This document shows, piece by piece, positions 45,994-56,017 of a stretch of 64,000 nt of DNA. The notes beneath the pieces were generated by a model that saw only the letters and a program-made list of their open reading frames with translations, was not told the origin of the DNA and did not search any database. The number at the start of each line of letters is the position of its first letter. Positions within the stretch are counted from its first letter, which is position 1. This DNA is from Candidatus Nomurabacteria bacterium (GTDB lineage Bacteria > Patescibacteriota > Saccharimonadia > JAGOAT01). The stretch covers positions 94,321 to 158,320 of the forward strand of contig JACKGM010000002.1 of assembly GCA_020639315.1 (NCBI GenBank). The letters are read 5' to 3'. A program made the position numbers and the translations under genes.

Positions 45994-46725
45994 ATGTCTA
46001 AACAATTATCCAAGTCAATCACCCTGAGCGTAACCGTTGAAGAACTTTTTCAATCTGGTGCACATATTGGTCACAAAACAAGTCACTGGAATCCGAGTAT
46101 CAAAAATTTTTTACATTCAAGCAAGTCAAATACTCATATCATAGATCTTTTTCAGTCAATCGAGCAGCTCGAAGCAGCCTGTCAGGCAGTCTATAGCCTT
46201 GGTAAAAAAGGTCAAAAGCTTCTATTTGTCGGAACCAAATCTCAAGCCGCACCAGTCCTGACTGCTTTAGCCAAAGAGATTGATGCTCCATATGTGACAA
46301 AGCGTTGGCCGGGTGGACTTTTGACCAACTTTGAAACTATTTCTTCAAGATTAAAGAAGCTAACCGAGATGGAAAAAACCCTTGATGATCAGAGCCTCAG
46401 AGCAAAGTATACCAAAAGGGAGCTAGGCAAGATGGAGCAGTCAATCAAAAAGCTCAATACAATGCTCGGTGGGATCAAGGGTATCAAGCGACCACCACAG
46501 GCAGTATTTGTAGTCGACACAAATCTAGAAAAAACTGCTGTTCAAGAAGCAACCAAGCTTGGCTTGACCACAATCGCTATTGTCGACACCAATTCTAGCC
46601 CCAAGGGCATTGATTACCCAATAGTAGCCAGTGATGACAATCTCAAAGTAATTGAACTAATAGCCAGAGAAATCCAAGTAGCTTATCAAACTGGCTACCG
46701 AGAATACTTGACCAGACAAAAGTAG
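45994..46725 (+). CDS. rpsB: 30S ribosomal protein S2
   Basis: GAHIGHKTSHWNP motif and conserved operon position upstream of tsf. Confidence 0.9.
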   Translation: MSKQLSKSITLSVTVEELFQSGAHIGHKTSHWNPSIKNFLHSSKSNTHIIDLFQSIEQLEAACQAVYSLGKKGQKLLFVGTKSQAAPVLTALAKEIDAPYVTKRWPGGLLTNFETISSRLKKLTEMEKTLDDQSLRAKYTKRELGKMEQSIKKLNTMLGGIKGIKRPPQAVFVVDTNLEKTAVQEATKLGLTTIAIVDTNSSPKGIDYPIVASDDNLKVIELIAREIQVAYQTGYREYLTRQK

Positions 46726-46767
46726 CAATTACCCTTAGAGTAATTTTAAATAATCAGGAGACAACAA

Positions 46768-47352
46768 ATGAGTATCAACCTAGCAGATATCAAAAGGATT
46801 CGAGAAGAAACTGGAGCTGGAATGATGGATGTCAAATCAGCTTTAACTGACGCCAATGGAGACATCACAAAGGCCAAAGAACTTTTGCAACAAAGGGGAA
46901 TAGCCAAGGCCAGCAAAAAAAGTGACCGCAATACCGACCAAGGGTTGATTGAAACCTACAACCATCTAGGCAAAGTCGGAGTTTTGCTCGAGTTAAACTG
47001 TGAGACCGATTTCGTTGCAAGGACTGATGACTTCAAGGCATTAGCCAAAGAAATAGCAATGCAGATCGCTGCTAGTGATCCTCAATATCTGAGTGATCAA
47101 GATATCGACAAACAAACTCTAGCCGAGTGGAAATCAGAAGTATCAGACCAAGTTGATACCACTAAGCCCCAAGAGATCCAAGACAAGATTATCGAGGGCA
47201 AACTTGATAAATACCGAGACGAACTAGTCCTAATGCGAATCAAGACTCTCAAAGATCCAGACAAATCTATATCTGATTTGATTAAAGCTAATATTGCCAA
47301 GCTTGGAGAAAATATCACTATCAAGCGTTTTGTACGCTACCAGTTGGGCTAG
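46768..47352 (+). CDS. tsf: elongation factor Ts (short, 194-aa form)
   Basis: N-terminal UBA-like IKRIREETGAGMMDVKSAL and the LELNCETDFVAR motif. SD AGGAG upstream. Confidence 0.85.
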   Translation: MSINLADIKRIREETGAGMMDVKSALTDANGDITKAKELLQQRGIAKASKKSDRNTDQGLIETYNHLGKVGVLLELNCETDFVARTDDFKALAKEIAMQIAASDPQYLSDQDIDKQTLAEWKSEVSDQVDTTKPQEIQDKIIEGKLDKYRDELVLMRIKTLKDPDKSISDLIKANIAKLGENITIKRFVRYQLG

Positions 47353-47354
47353 CT

Positions 47355-47906
47355 ATGAACTCCCAGACTCTTGCAAATGAGCTAGACAAAACCTTAGCTT
47401 TCCTAGATCAGGAGCTAGGTCAAATTCGTGACGGCAGAGCTAATACTAGCCTAGTCGATAGTCTCAAGGTGCCAGTCTATGGTCAACAACTACCCCTAAA
47501 CCAGACCAGCAATATCTCAGTACCGGACTCGCAGACAATTTTTATCGAGCCTTGGGACAAAAGCAACCTCGAAGCGATCGAGAAAGCAATCTCGGAAAAT
47601 AACACTCTAGGCATTAATCCCAGTAGTGATGGCAACCGAATTATTTTAAAAATTCCAGCCATGACTGAGGAGGTTAGAGTAGGTCTTGTCAAGCTAATTA
47701 GTGAGAAGCAAGAGCAAGCCTTGGTAGCTCTGCGCCAACAGCGTCAAACAGCCCACAAAAGCATCAAAACTCAAGAAAAGGATAAACTAATTAGTGAAGA
47801 TCAAGCATCAGACCTCAAAGATCAGATTGAAAAAACCTGTCAAGACTATACTACCAAGATCAAACAAATGATTGAGGTCAAACAAACCGCTATCAAATCT
47901 ATCTAA
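47355..47906 (+). CDS. frr: ribosome recycling factor
   Basis: 183 aa of typical RRF length, with a typical sequence pattern (GRANTSLVDSLKV...IPAMTEE.R) and operon context. Confidence 0.9.
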   Translation: MNSQTLANELDKTLAFLDQELGQIRDGRANTSLVDSLKVPVYGQQLPLNQTSNISVPDSQTIFIEPWDKSNLEAIEKAISENNTLGINPSSDGNRIILKIPAMTEEVRVGLVKLISEKQEQALVALRQQRQTAHKSIKTQEKDKLISEDQASDLKDQIEKTCQDYTTKIKQMIEVKQTAIKSI

Positions 47907-47907
47907 A

Positions 47908-48588
47908 ATGAACCTACCTAGTCATATTGCCTTTATCCTAGATGGACATCGCAGATGGGCAAGGGCAAACGGCAAACCAGCTCTATTTGGCCACCAAGCT
48001 GGCTATGACAACTTTATTGATATCGCAACAGTTTGTTACGACCAAGGTATCAAAGTCGTATCAGCCTATGCCTTCTCGCAAAAAAACTGGAAGCGAAGTC
48101 AAGAAGAAGTTGGCTACCTGATGAGATTATTTGCAAAATCTTTTAGCCACCAGAGACTTGAGGAGATTATCAAAAGGGGCATAAGAATTATCTTCGTCGG
48201 TCGGAGAAGTGAGCTAAGCTCTAAATTGGTCAAAAAAATGGAAGAGCTAGAACAAAAAACCAAAGATTATTCCAATGGAATACTTGCAATCTTGATAGAT
48301 TACGATGGTAGGGCCGAAATCCTTGATGCGACCAAGAGACTAGCCGAGTCTGGTCAGGAGCCGACTGAAGACAATCTCAGACAAATGATGTGGAGCTCAG
48401 ATATACCAGACCCAGATCTGATAGTCAGGACTTCAGGTGAACAGAGACTATCAGGGTTTTGGCTCTGGGGGAGTAGCTATAGTGAACTAGCTTTTATCGA
48501 CAAAAACTGGCCTGATTTCAATAAAGATGATCTTAGTCAGGTTTTAGAAAACTTCAATTCTCGTGAACGAAGATATGGAGGGAACTAA
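47908..48588 (+). CDS. uppS: isoprenyl transferase (undecaprenyl diphosphate synthase family)
   Basis: Start moved to ATG 47908. Motifs FILDGHRRWA, AFSQKNWKRSQEEV and RTSGEQRLSGFWLW. Confidence 0.85.
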   Translation: MNLPSHIAFILDGHRRWARANGKPALFGHQAGYDNFIDIATVCYDQGIKVVSAYAFSQKNWKRSQEEVGYLMRLFAKSFSHQRLEEIIKRGIRIIFVGRRSELSSKLVKKMEELEQKTKDYSNGILAILIDYDGRAEILDATKRLAESGQEPTEDNLRQMMWSSDIPDPDLIVRTSGEQRLSGFWLWGSSYSELAFIDKNWPDFNKDDLSQVLENFNSRERRYGGN

Positions 48589-49673
48589 TGCTTAGTATAC
48601 TAGTCGCAATTTTTACTTTTTCGCTACTTGTACTTTTACACGAATTTGGTCACTTTATTTCTGCTAGGAGGGCAGGAATACGAGTAGACGAATTTGGGAT
48701 TGGCTTCCCTCCTAGGATTTGGGGAATAAAACGTAAGGGAACAATCTATAGCATTAACCTTCTACCGATCGGAGGGTTTGTCAAAATTGCTGGTGAAGAT
48801 AATCAAGAGTCTGGGCCTGATAGCTTCGTCGCTGCGAGCACCTATCACAAGCTTCGGACTCTACTAGCTGGAGTAATGATCAACTTCCTGATTGGCTGGT
48901 TAATTTTGACTGGTCTTTTAATCAGTGGTCTGCCCTCACTAATCTTTCCGTTTGATATTAGTCAGCTTGATCAAACCAAGGGTCAGTTGGTTGAAACTAC
49001 TCAGCCAAAAGTGATCTATGTAGCTCCTGACTCTCCAGCTAGCCAAATCGGACTGATGCCTGGTGATCAGATTGTCAAAATCAATAATCAATTAGTCAAT
49101 AATCAAAACCTTAGTCAACTGACCGAGCAATTTGCTGGTAAGAATATCCAACTGGAGTATCTCACTCAAAAGCAAGAGGTCAAGCAAGATCTGACCCTAG
49201 CTAGCCCCGAAGCAGACTCTGGTAAGCTAGGAGTGATAATCGAACAAAAATGGAGCTATCATCCTCTAGATGCAGTCTATGGGGGGCTAGTTATCATTGC
49301 CAAATCTTTCAAACTGACTTTGGACACAATTGGCTCACTGATTGTTGGGATCTTCCGAGATAACCCCAATGATAATCAATTAGCCGATTCTGTGACTGGT
49401 CCAGTCGGCATCGTATCAGTATTTCGTAGTAGTCTAGCCCTTGGTAGTAGCTATGTATTAGCCTTGACCGCCGCTATCTCGATCTCGCTTGGGATCATGA
49501 ATACCTTACCATTGCCTGCACTTGATGGAGGAAGAGCATTGATCGTAATCTTAAGAAAATTGGGAATCAAAATTAGTGATAAATTTGAGCTTTACTACCA
49601 CGGATCTGGTATGGTGATCCTATTAATCCTGATGGCCTTAATCACTATTAGAGATATTAACAACATTTTCTAA
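48588..49673 (+). CDS. rseP: RseP/RIP-type M50 site-2 zinc metalloprotease with PDZ domain
   Basis: HEFGHF (HExxH), PDZ (PDSPASQIGLMPGDQIVKIN) and NTLPLPALDGG. Confidence 0.8.
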   Translation: MLSILVAIFTFSLLVLLHEFGHFISARRAGIRVDEFGIGFPPRIWGIKRKGTIYSINLLPIGGFVKIAGEDNQESGPDSFVAASTYHKLRTLLAGVMINFLIGWLILTGLLISGLPSLIFPFDISQLDQTKGQLVETTQPKVIYVAPDSPASQIGLMPGDQIVKINNQLVNNQNLSQLTEQFAGKNIQLEYLTQKQEVKQDLTLASPEADSGKLGVIIEQKWSYHPLDAVYGGLVIIAKSFKLTLDTIGSLIVGIFRDNPNDNQLADSVTGPVGIVSVFRSSLALGSSYVLALTAAISISLGIMNTLPLPALDGGRALIVILRKLGIKISDKFELYYHGSGMVILLILMALITIRDINNIF

Positions 49674-49686
49674 CCCAAACCTATTA

Positions 49687-49971
49687 ATGGCAGCCGAAAT
49701 AGATCCAACTAGCTTGCCTGACGGGCAAAAACCAACTGATGAGCTTGATTCTGACCAATTACCAACAAAACTTTTAACTCATCAAATTATTGTGCCTGAC
49801 AATGGCGACTGCAATTACTGCCTAGTGCCAATTACCGAGAGGGGTACTAGTACTAGTGGCGTTGAGCCATATCACCCGAGAGATTTACTGGAATTAATTA
49901 GAGCTAATCATAGACCCGACTGTGAGGACACCCCGGCTGATACAGTAGCTCAACTGGTCCAAGAGTATTAA
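49687..49971 (+). CDS. hypothetical acidic protein
   Basis: 94-aa ORF. Its stop codon TAA (49969-49971) is the first three bases of the MITE family 1 TIR. Confidence 0.35.
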   Translation: MAAEIDPTSLPDGQKPTDELDSDQLPTKLLTHQIIVPDNGDCNYCLVPITERGTSTSGVEPYHPRDLLELIRANHRPDCEDTPADTVAQLVQEY

Positions 49972-50131
49972 CCTTGTTGCCATATAAACTTGCGAGGTCA
50001 AAGCTAATGGTTTTTATTCCAGACTACCAAAACACGACAAAGCATAACAGGAGTTACGCTGCGAAGTGTTTTGCTAGTCTGGGGCAAAAATGGCAGTTTT
50101 GAAGCCGTGAGGTTATATGGCAACAGGGTTA
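49969..50131 (-). mobile_element. MITE family 1 copy
   Basis: TAACCTTGTTGCCATATAA...TTATATGGCAACAGGGTTA, same orientation as 31925. Confidence 0.7.
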
Positions 50132-50150
50132 TTGTCAATCAGACCTGGAA

Positions 50151-50498
50151 TTGGCAATTCGACTAGCCCTATTCCTCCAACCCTTTGTCAATATTGATCC
50201 AAAAAATAATGACCGTACTAGTCATACTTTACTTTCAATAGAAGACTTACGAAAAGATCTCCAAGCCAACCAGGGTGACAAATTGATAAGTGGTTACCAC
50301 GATGTAGTCTATTGGAAAATTGATTTAGAATACTTAAAATTAAAAATTAAATTCTTGATTAATAATATTGACCAAGATAAATTGAACACTTTTATTAGTA
50401 GATTGTCAGATATATTAGATAATCCTAATACCCACCGACATCCCGGACAAGTAGCTAGGCAAAGCTTTTTTAGAAGACTTATAGCAAGCTCAAAATAA
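50151..50498 (+). CDS. hypothetical protein (doubtful)
   Basis: TTG-initiated ORF wedged between two MITEs. Its 3' end and stop lie inside the family 2 element at 50480. Confidence 0.25.
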   Translation: MAIRLALFLQPFVNIDPKNNDRTSHTLLSIEDLRKDLQANQGDKLISGYHDVVYWKIDLEYLKLKIKFLINNIDQDKLNTFISRLSDILDNPNTHRHPGQVARQSFFRRLIASSK

Positions 50499-50588
50499 AA
50501 CCGGACAATTTGAGCTGTACTATAGAGAACTACCTTTATAGACTCTAGGGTTGGGTCAAAAGTCTGGTTTTGTTTTCAACTTGCTATA
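50480..50588 (+). mobile_element. internally deleted (109 bp) family 2 MITE-like element
   Basis: Same termini as 2012-2176, but the central ~55 bp is missing. Confidence 0.55.
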
Positions 50589-50641
50589 CATCTCGAATAC
50601 TCGGAGCTTTATCTAGGTAATTACCTAGACAGCATTACACA

Positions 50642-50748
50642 TTGTCATCCTCCGAAACCCACCCCTCTCTTGTCATCCTCCGAAGTTCGAAGAACTTACG
50701 GGGGATCCAGAGCATTAGTCATCCTCCGAAACCCAGAGGGTTTACGGG
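50642..50748 (+). repeat. hairpin units (half unit + 2 units) ending at the IS110 copy 2 junction
   Basis: The last unit, GTCATCCTCCGAAACCCagaGGGTTTACGGG, is interrupted by the IS at 50748/50749. Confidence 0.85.
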
Positions 50749-50788
50749 ACCCTTTTGTAAGAAAAATCAACCCCAATATTGTCATGGC

Positions 50789-51967
50789 TCAGGCTAAGTT
50801 TACACAGTTTTCTAGTTTTTTGAATAGACTTCTGGCTAGGTATCTTTTTAGTGATCTTTTAATATCCCTAATATCTAACCCTTCTTTAGTTCTTTTAGCG
50901 ACATATTCTTGAGTTCTTTGATCTGTCCTTATTCTAGATATGACAATTGTTGTTAGTGAACAGTTAAGCTGTCTATCCCCATAATGATTTAGTCTGTATC
51001 TAGTAGTATTACCTGAGGATGCTGGGATTGGTGCAGCCCCTGCAAGCATCACAAAAGCATCAGCTGACTTTATCCTCCCTTTGTGAGAGTAAGCACAGAT
51101 AATCTGAGCTAAGGATACTGGTCCTATACCTGGCTCAAGTAATAGCTCTGGGGATAACTTAATAGTTATCACTTCCAGTCTTTGACGGTTGAAGTCTAGA
51201 TTATTAGATAGTTCAATAATACTAGTAGCTAACCTCTTGGCTTCTGATTTAATATCATAATGCCTATCACTTTTCTTAACTCTCCAGTTAGCAATTACTT
51301 GGTATTGCTTGAGGGTTAAGGCCCTTCTGACATCTATCCCTAAGTCAACACCTCTCAAAAGGGCTATTAGGGCATTCTTATTCATGGTTCGTTGACTCAC
51401 CATGCTTCTTCTACTACTCAGTAATACTCTGAGGTTTTTACGCAACTCTCCTGTCCTGGGAATAATTAACTTTGATACCGGTAGCCTCAAGACGCTTAAG
51501 GCAGCTAATTCTGAATCTATTTGATCAGTCTTACCTCTAGCCCCACGACTCTTGAGCTTAGGGGGCTTAACCTCTACTACTTCAAGTCCTCTGGATAGTA
51601 GTAAATTGGTTAGAGTCTCCCCATAGGACGAAGTACCTTCTATTGCGAAAAGGAGATGGCTAGATTGAGGGTTAGATTGAGGACTAGGATGATGGTTAGG
51701 CTGGTCTGGCTTGTTACTAGACTGATCTGATTTATTGCTAGACCGGTCTAGTTTGCTGGATGGGGTTAGTAGTTGATTACCTGAGAGATGGTTCTTAGTA
51801 ATCTCTTTTGCCCAATCAATAAATTTACAGAACTCTTTTTCTAGTACCCTAAACTCTCTTTGGTCTAAGACAACTCCTTTATTACTGATGGCTGTAGCTA
51901 CATGCTTTTTAGCATGGGTATCTACACCAATTACAAAATCATACTTTTCTGATACAATAGGGAACAT
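50789..51967 (-). CDS. IS110-family transposase/recombinase
   Basis: Translation identical to 14545-15723. ATG at 51967 preceded by AAAGGAGAAG. Confidence 0.85.
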   Translation of the reverse strand: MFPIVSEKYDFVIGVDTHAKKHVATAISNKGVVLDQREFRVLEKEFCKFIDWAKEITKNHLSGNQLLTPSSKLDRSSNKSDQSSNKPDQPNHHPSPQSNPQSSHLLFAIEGTSSYGETLTNLLLSRGLEVVEVKPPKLKSRGARGKTDQIDSELAALSVLRLPVSKLIIPRTGELRKNLRVLLSSRRSMVSQRTMNKNALIALLRGVDLGIDVRRALTLKQYQVIANWRVKKSDRHYDIKSEAKRLATSIIELSNNLDFNRQRLEVITIKLSPELLLEPGIGPVSLAQIICAYSHKGRIKSADAFVMLAGAAPIPASSGNTTRYRLNHYGDRQLNCSLTTIVISRIRTDQRTQEYVAKRTKEGLDIRDIKRSLKRYLARSLFKKLENCVNLA

Positions 51968-52013
51968 AGCACTTCTCCTTTCATAGTAAAGTGTTATTAA
52001 GTAAATATGACAA

Positions 52014-52201
52014 GCTAGGGCAGTTCTTAAATGAGCCACGATCAATCACTATTTACTAGTAAAATTGAGATTGATTCGGACAACCTTTTGTCAAGCCACT
52101 GCTTGTTTTAATAGATATAGCCCATAGTGGACAGGTCCCATTAAGGACAATAGCTCATTGAGAGCTATGTCAAGAGATCCAAGAGCCACACTGATGGGCT
52201 A
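52014..52201 (-). ncRNA. candidate IS110 bridge RNA, copy 2
   Basis: Identical to 15770-15957. Confidence 0.6.
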
Positions 52202-52248
52202 TTTTCTATTATATTCGATAAGTATGCACTTACCTATTACTATTTAAG

Positions 52249-52835
52249 GGATCCAGTATTCTAGCATTGTGCATTGTCATCCTCCGAAGTTCAGAGAACT
52301 TACGGGGGATCCAGTATTTTGCATTGTGTATTGTCATCCTCCGAAGTTCGGAGAACTTACGGGGGATCCAGCATTTTGCATTTCTGGAATTCAATTCAAA
52401 TACTGGATCTCCGGTATTACTCTTTTAGAGAAATCCGAAGATGACAGGAGAGGGTGGATCTCCGGTATCCCCCTCCGGGTAATCCGAAGATGACAGGAGG
52501 AGGTGGATCTTCGGATTTCCCCAAGGGGAAATCCGAAGATGACTGGAGGGAGGGGATTGTCATCCTCCGAAACCCACCCCCCTCCTGTCATCCTCCGAAG
52601 TTCGAAGAACTTACGGGGGATCCAGAGCATTAGTCATCCTCCGAAACCCAGAGGGTTTACGGGGGATCCAGTATCTCTGTATTACTGGGCAACTAACCCA
52701 AATACTGGATCTCCAATAATTTCCTAAAGGAAATTTGGTTTGGTGACGGAGAAGAGACGGAAATTTGGTTTGGTGACAGGGGAGAGGTGGGTCTTCCATA
52801 AATCCTTACAGTATTTTGGAAGATGATGCGAAAGG
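52249..52835. repeat. large hairpin-unit cluster (about 12 units and half units, both orientations)
   Basis: Includes subtypes CCTCCG/CGGGGG, CTTCGG/CCGGAG and CTTCGGATTTCCCC/GGGGAAATCCGAAG, plus GTCACCAAACCAAATTTCC half units. Confidence 0.85.
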
Positions 52836-53046
52836 AGACAAGCTTTTGGAATATGACCCTGAAAAACCTATGGTGGCCCAGTGGCTAGAAAGACCAGAGC
52901 TAGATGATATAGCCTGGGAGCTTAATAATAACAAGCCTAGAAAAAGACTAGGGTGGCATACACCTCAAGAGGTTTACGATTGGCTTGCTTCTAACCCTAA
53001 TAGTGAGTTAGACTTAGCTAAGGTTGCATTTGGAAATAGAATCTAG
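52816..53046 (+). pseudogene. C-terminal remnant of an IS30-family transposase
   Basis: ...IAWELNNNKPRKRLGWHTPQEVYDWL matches the conserved IS30 C-terminal LN.RPRK.LG..TP.E motif. There is no N-terminal or catalytic region, and the first codons derive from a hairpin unit. Confidence 0.55.
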
Positions 53047-53159
53047 GAAGATTATTATAGTCCAAGATAGGTGATTTGGTGTCAGAAACCTTAACTTAAG
53101 GAACAAGTCTACTGGTCATAAGGTTGGTTAAGGCAAAGGACTGATCTCAAAAAATACTA

Positions 53160-53188
53160 TTGACCAGACTATAAATACCCTGTATACT
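53160..53188 (+). promoter_or_regulatory. sigma70-like promoter (TTGACC-17 nt-TATACT) upstream of secE
   Basis: Spacing counted directly. About 40 nt upstream of the ATG at 53232. Confidence 0.4.
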
Positions 53189-53231
53189 TGACATCAGGCC
53201 TTAGAAGGCTTTTTTTATTGGTACAATTATT

Positions 53232-53453
53232 ATGAGTAGCAAAGCCAGTCAAGCAAACATCTTTAAGAGAATCGGAGATTTTTTCTCTACTTATATTGAA
53301 GAGGCACGCAAAGTTACCTGGCCAAGTCGTCCCGAAATTGTACGGGTGACAATCATGGTAATAATTGTCACCATCATTAGTGCAATAATTATTTTTGTCC
53401 TAAATCGAATTTTCGACATATCATTAACGAGGTTTATCGAACTAAATGGCTAA
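53232..53453 (+). CDS. secE: preprotein translocase subunit SecE
   Basis: 73 aa with a single C-terminal TM and a KVTWPSRPE motif. Lies immediately upstream of and overlapping nusG. Confidence 0.75.
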   Translation: MSSKASQANIFKRIGDFFSTYIEEARKVTWPSRPEIVRVTIMVIIVTIISAIIIFVLNRIFDISLTRFIELNG

Positions 53454-54009
53454 ATATAGATTCAAAGAGCGCTCAATCAGAGACAACAACCCCCACTGGT
53501 ACATTGTCCATACCTACTCAGGCTATGAAGATGTAGTCAAAACAAACTTGGAACAAAGAATAGAATCAATGGACATGTCTGAAAAAATTTTTGAAGTAAT
53601 CGTCCCCAAAGAAAAACGGATTGAAATCAAAAATGGCAAGCGCAAAGTAGTCGAGAGAAAAATCTTCCCAGGATACATCATGGTCTACATGGTGATTAAT
53701 GATGACTCTTGGTATGTTGTTCGCAATACCCCAAATGTCACTGGTTTTGTTGGCTCTGGAGTCGATCCTACTCCAATGGCTGAATCTGAAGTCAAGTCGA
53801 TTCGTAAAAGAATGGGGATTGAAAATCCGGTCTATGATATAGAATTTAGCGTAGGGGATTTGGTACATATTATCGATGGTCCCTTCAAGGGATTTGATGG
53901 AACTATCTCGGAAGTAGACCAACAAAAAGGCAAGCTAACAGTCCTAGTCAATATGTTTGGGCGTGAGACACCAGTGGAATTAGATTCATTACAAGTAAAG
54001 AAGGTATAA
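53446..54009 (+). CDS. nusG: transcription termination/antitermination factor NusG
   Basis: NGN domain (WYIVHTYSGYE) and KOW motif (GDLVHIIDGPFKGFDGTI). Confidence 0.9.
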   Translation: MAKYRFKERSIRDNNPHWYIVHTYSGYEDVVKTNLEQRIESMDMSEKIFEVIVPKEKRIEIKNGKRKVVERKIFPGYIMVYMVINDDSWYVVRNTPNVTGFVGSGVDPTPMAESEVKSIRKRMGIENPVYDIEFSVGDLVHIIDGPFKGFDGTISEVDQQKGKLTVLVNMFGRETPVELDSLQVKKV

Positions 54010-54013
54010 TAAT

Positions 54014-54442
54014 ATGGCAAGTAAAAAAGTTATCGCAAATCTCAAAATGGTTATCCCCGGTGGTGGCGCAACCCCGGCACCCCCAGTCGGCTCTAGTCTT
54101 GGTCAATATGGTGTCAATATGATGGAATTTATTCAGGCATTCAATGACGCTACCTCGAGCCACAAGGGCCAACAACTTCCCGTCAAGATCAAAATATTCG
54201 AAGACAAATCTTTTAGTTTTAGCTATAGTCTTACCCCAGCTGACCAGATGATCCTATCTGAGCTAGGGATCAAAAAAGGCTCTGGTGAGCCAAATAAGAA
54301 TAAAGTTGCAAGTCTGACTGACCTACAATTGACCAAGATTGCTGAAGCCAAGATGTCTGATCTCAATGCCAACGACCTAGAAGCTGCCAAGAAAATAATC
54401 GCTGGGACAGCTCGATCAATGGGAATAGAAATCAAAGGGTAA
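54014..54442 (+). CDS. rplK: 50S ribosomal protein L11
   Basis: GGGATPAPPVGSSLGQYGVNMMEF motif. Confidence 0.9.
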   Translation: MASKKVIANLKMVIPGGGATPAPPVGSSLGQYGVNMMEFIQAFNDATSSHKGQQLPVKIKIFEDKSFSFSYSLTPADQMILSELGIKKGSGEPNKNKVASLTDLQLTKIAEAKMSDLNANDLEAAKKIIAGTARSMGIEIKG

Positions 54443-54502
54443 ACTATTAATAATCAGTGGGAGATTCAGTCGAGAATCGCTATCACCACATAAGGAAATC
54501 AA

Positions 54503-55345
54503 ATGGCAGAAGAAAATAGCCAACCAGAAGTAATTATAGAAGAAGAAGTAGTAGAAGTAATAGAAGTGGTTGAAGAACCAGTTGTCACAAAAGAGCCACA
54601 ACAATCAAACCCCACCAAACAAGCCAAACCCGGAAAACCCCGAGACCTTTTGTCCAAGAAGTCCAAGCGTTATCGTAAGTCGGTAGAGAAATTAGGCAAG
54701 AATCTTGATTCACCTCAGACCCTAGCTTCAGCGATCAAGCTTCTAAAAAGTCTTGATCAGCCAAAATTTGACTCGACTGTGGAGCTTCATATCCGTCTTG
54801 GTGTGGATGTCAAACACGCTGATCAGATAGTGCGTGGGACTGTAGCTTTGCCTCACGGTACTGGTAAAGCCGTCAAAATCTATGCCTTAGTAGAGTCTGG
54901 GGACATAGAATCAGCAATGAAGGCTGGAGCAATTGAAGCCGAAGAAGAAAAGATTATTGAACAACTCGAAAAAGGACAGCTAGAGTTTGATATTTTAGTA
55001 GCTACTCCAGCTAAGATGCCACTCTTGGGTAAGTACGCCAGAGTGCTTGGACCTAGAGGGTTAATGCCCTCGCCCAAAGCCGGTACAGTTACTCAAAACC
55101 CAATCGATACTATTGGCGAACTACTCAAAGGTCGAGTAGAATACAAGACCGACTCCTATGGTATCATCCATATACCAGTTGGCAAAATTAGCTTCGAAGA
55201 CCAATCATTGACTGATAATGCCCACGCTGTGATCAGTGCTGTCAAATCAGCCAAGCCCAGCTCAAGCAAAGGGAAGTATCTGATTAGTGCTTACCTGACA
55301 TCAACCATGTCTCCCAGCCTTGAGCTTGATACCACAACACTCTAA
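54503..55345 (+). CDS. rplA: 50S ribosomal protein L1 with a ~50-aa acidic N-terminal extension
   Basis: FDSTVELHIRLGVDVKHADQIVRGTVALPHGTGK core. N-terminal EENSQPEVIIEEEVVEVIEVVEEP. Confidence 0.9.
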   Translation: MAEENSQPEVIIEEEVVEVIEVVEEPVVTKEPQQSNPTKQAKPGKPRDLLSKKSKRYRKSVEKLGKNLDSPQTLASAIKLLKSLDQPKFDSTVELHIRLGVDVKHADQIVRGTVALPHGTGKAVKIYALVESGDIESAMKAGAIEAEEEKIIEQLEKGQLEFDILVATPAKMPLLGKYARVLGPRGLMPSPKAGTVTQNPIDTIGELLKGRVEYKTDSYGIIHIPVGKISFEDQSLTDNAHAVISAVKSAKPSSSKGKYLISAYLTSTMSPSLELDTTTL

Positions 55346-55377
55346 CTATATTCTGTAAAATAAGCTAAGATAGTAAT

Positions 55378-56013
55378 ATGGTTAATAAACCCAATCCAAA
55401 TCCTCAGTATATTGTGATCGAAGGAGCCGAAGGATCTGGTAAATCTACTCAAGTAGAAAGGTTAGCTCAATACCTTACTGATCAGGGGATTCTTACCAAG
55501 GTGGTTAGGGAACCTGGATCAACTCCAGCCGGTGAAGCAATCCGTAATCTCAATCAGCATAGCAAGTTTGACCTAGACCCAAAAACTGGGCTATTGCTGG
55601 TTTATGCAGCGCGAGTAGAACTCCTAAACTATATATCCCAACTGACCAAATCTGGACAATGGGTGATCAGTGACCGCAACTACCTATCTACCTATGCCTA
55701 CCAAGGCTATGGCCAAGGGATGGATATATCCACAATCGACCAAGTGCACCGGGCTGTAATGCCTGATAATCTAGTACCTGATCATACTTTTGTGATCGAT
55801 ACAAGCTTTGCTACCAATCAAGCTAGACTTGGATCCCAAGCAGCAGAATTAGATCGTTTTGAGCGCATGGGTCCAGATTTTCATACTAGAGTCCATCAAG
55901 GATACCAAAAATTAATTAAGAATCAACCAAATATTACTCGGGTCAATGGCGACCAGACTATTGCAGCAATCCATGCTGATATTGTTGAGCATCTAGATAC
56001 TAGTCATAGATAG
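55378..56013 (+). CDS. tmk: thymidylate kinase
   Basis: P-loop IVIEGAEGSGKSTQ and a DR(N)Y..S..AYQ motif. Confidence 0.85.
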   Translation: MVNKPNPNPQYIVIEGAEGSGKSTQVERLAQYLTDQGILTKVVREPGSTPAGEAIRNLNQHSKFDLDPKTGLLLVYAARVELLNYISQLTKSGQWVISDRNYLSTYAYQGYGQGMDISTIDQVHRAVMPDNLVPDHTFVIDTSFATNQARLGSQAAELDRFERMGPDFHTRVHQGYQKLIKNQPNITRVNGDQTIAAIHADIVEHLDTSHR

Positions 56014-56017
56014 GTAA

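Larger units (their letters stand above)
50749..52248 (-). mobile_element. IS110-family insertion sequence, copy 2
   Basis: Appears identical by eye to 14505-16004 (identical translations). Inserted at the same position of a hairpin unit that has a different stem sequence. Confidence 0.85.

Noticed and set aside
53195-53215. GGCCTTAGAAGGCTTTTTTT as an intrinsic terminator upstream of secE
   Set aside because: The stem is only ~5 imperfect bp with a 2-4-nt loop, and it sits between a plausible promoter and secE. That is too weak to call.
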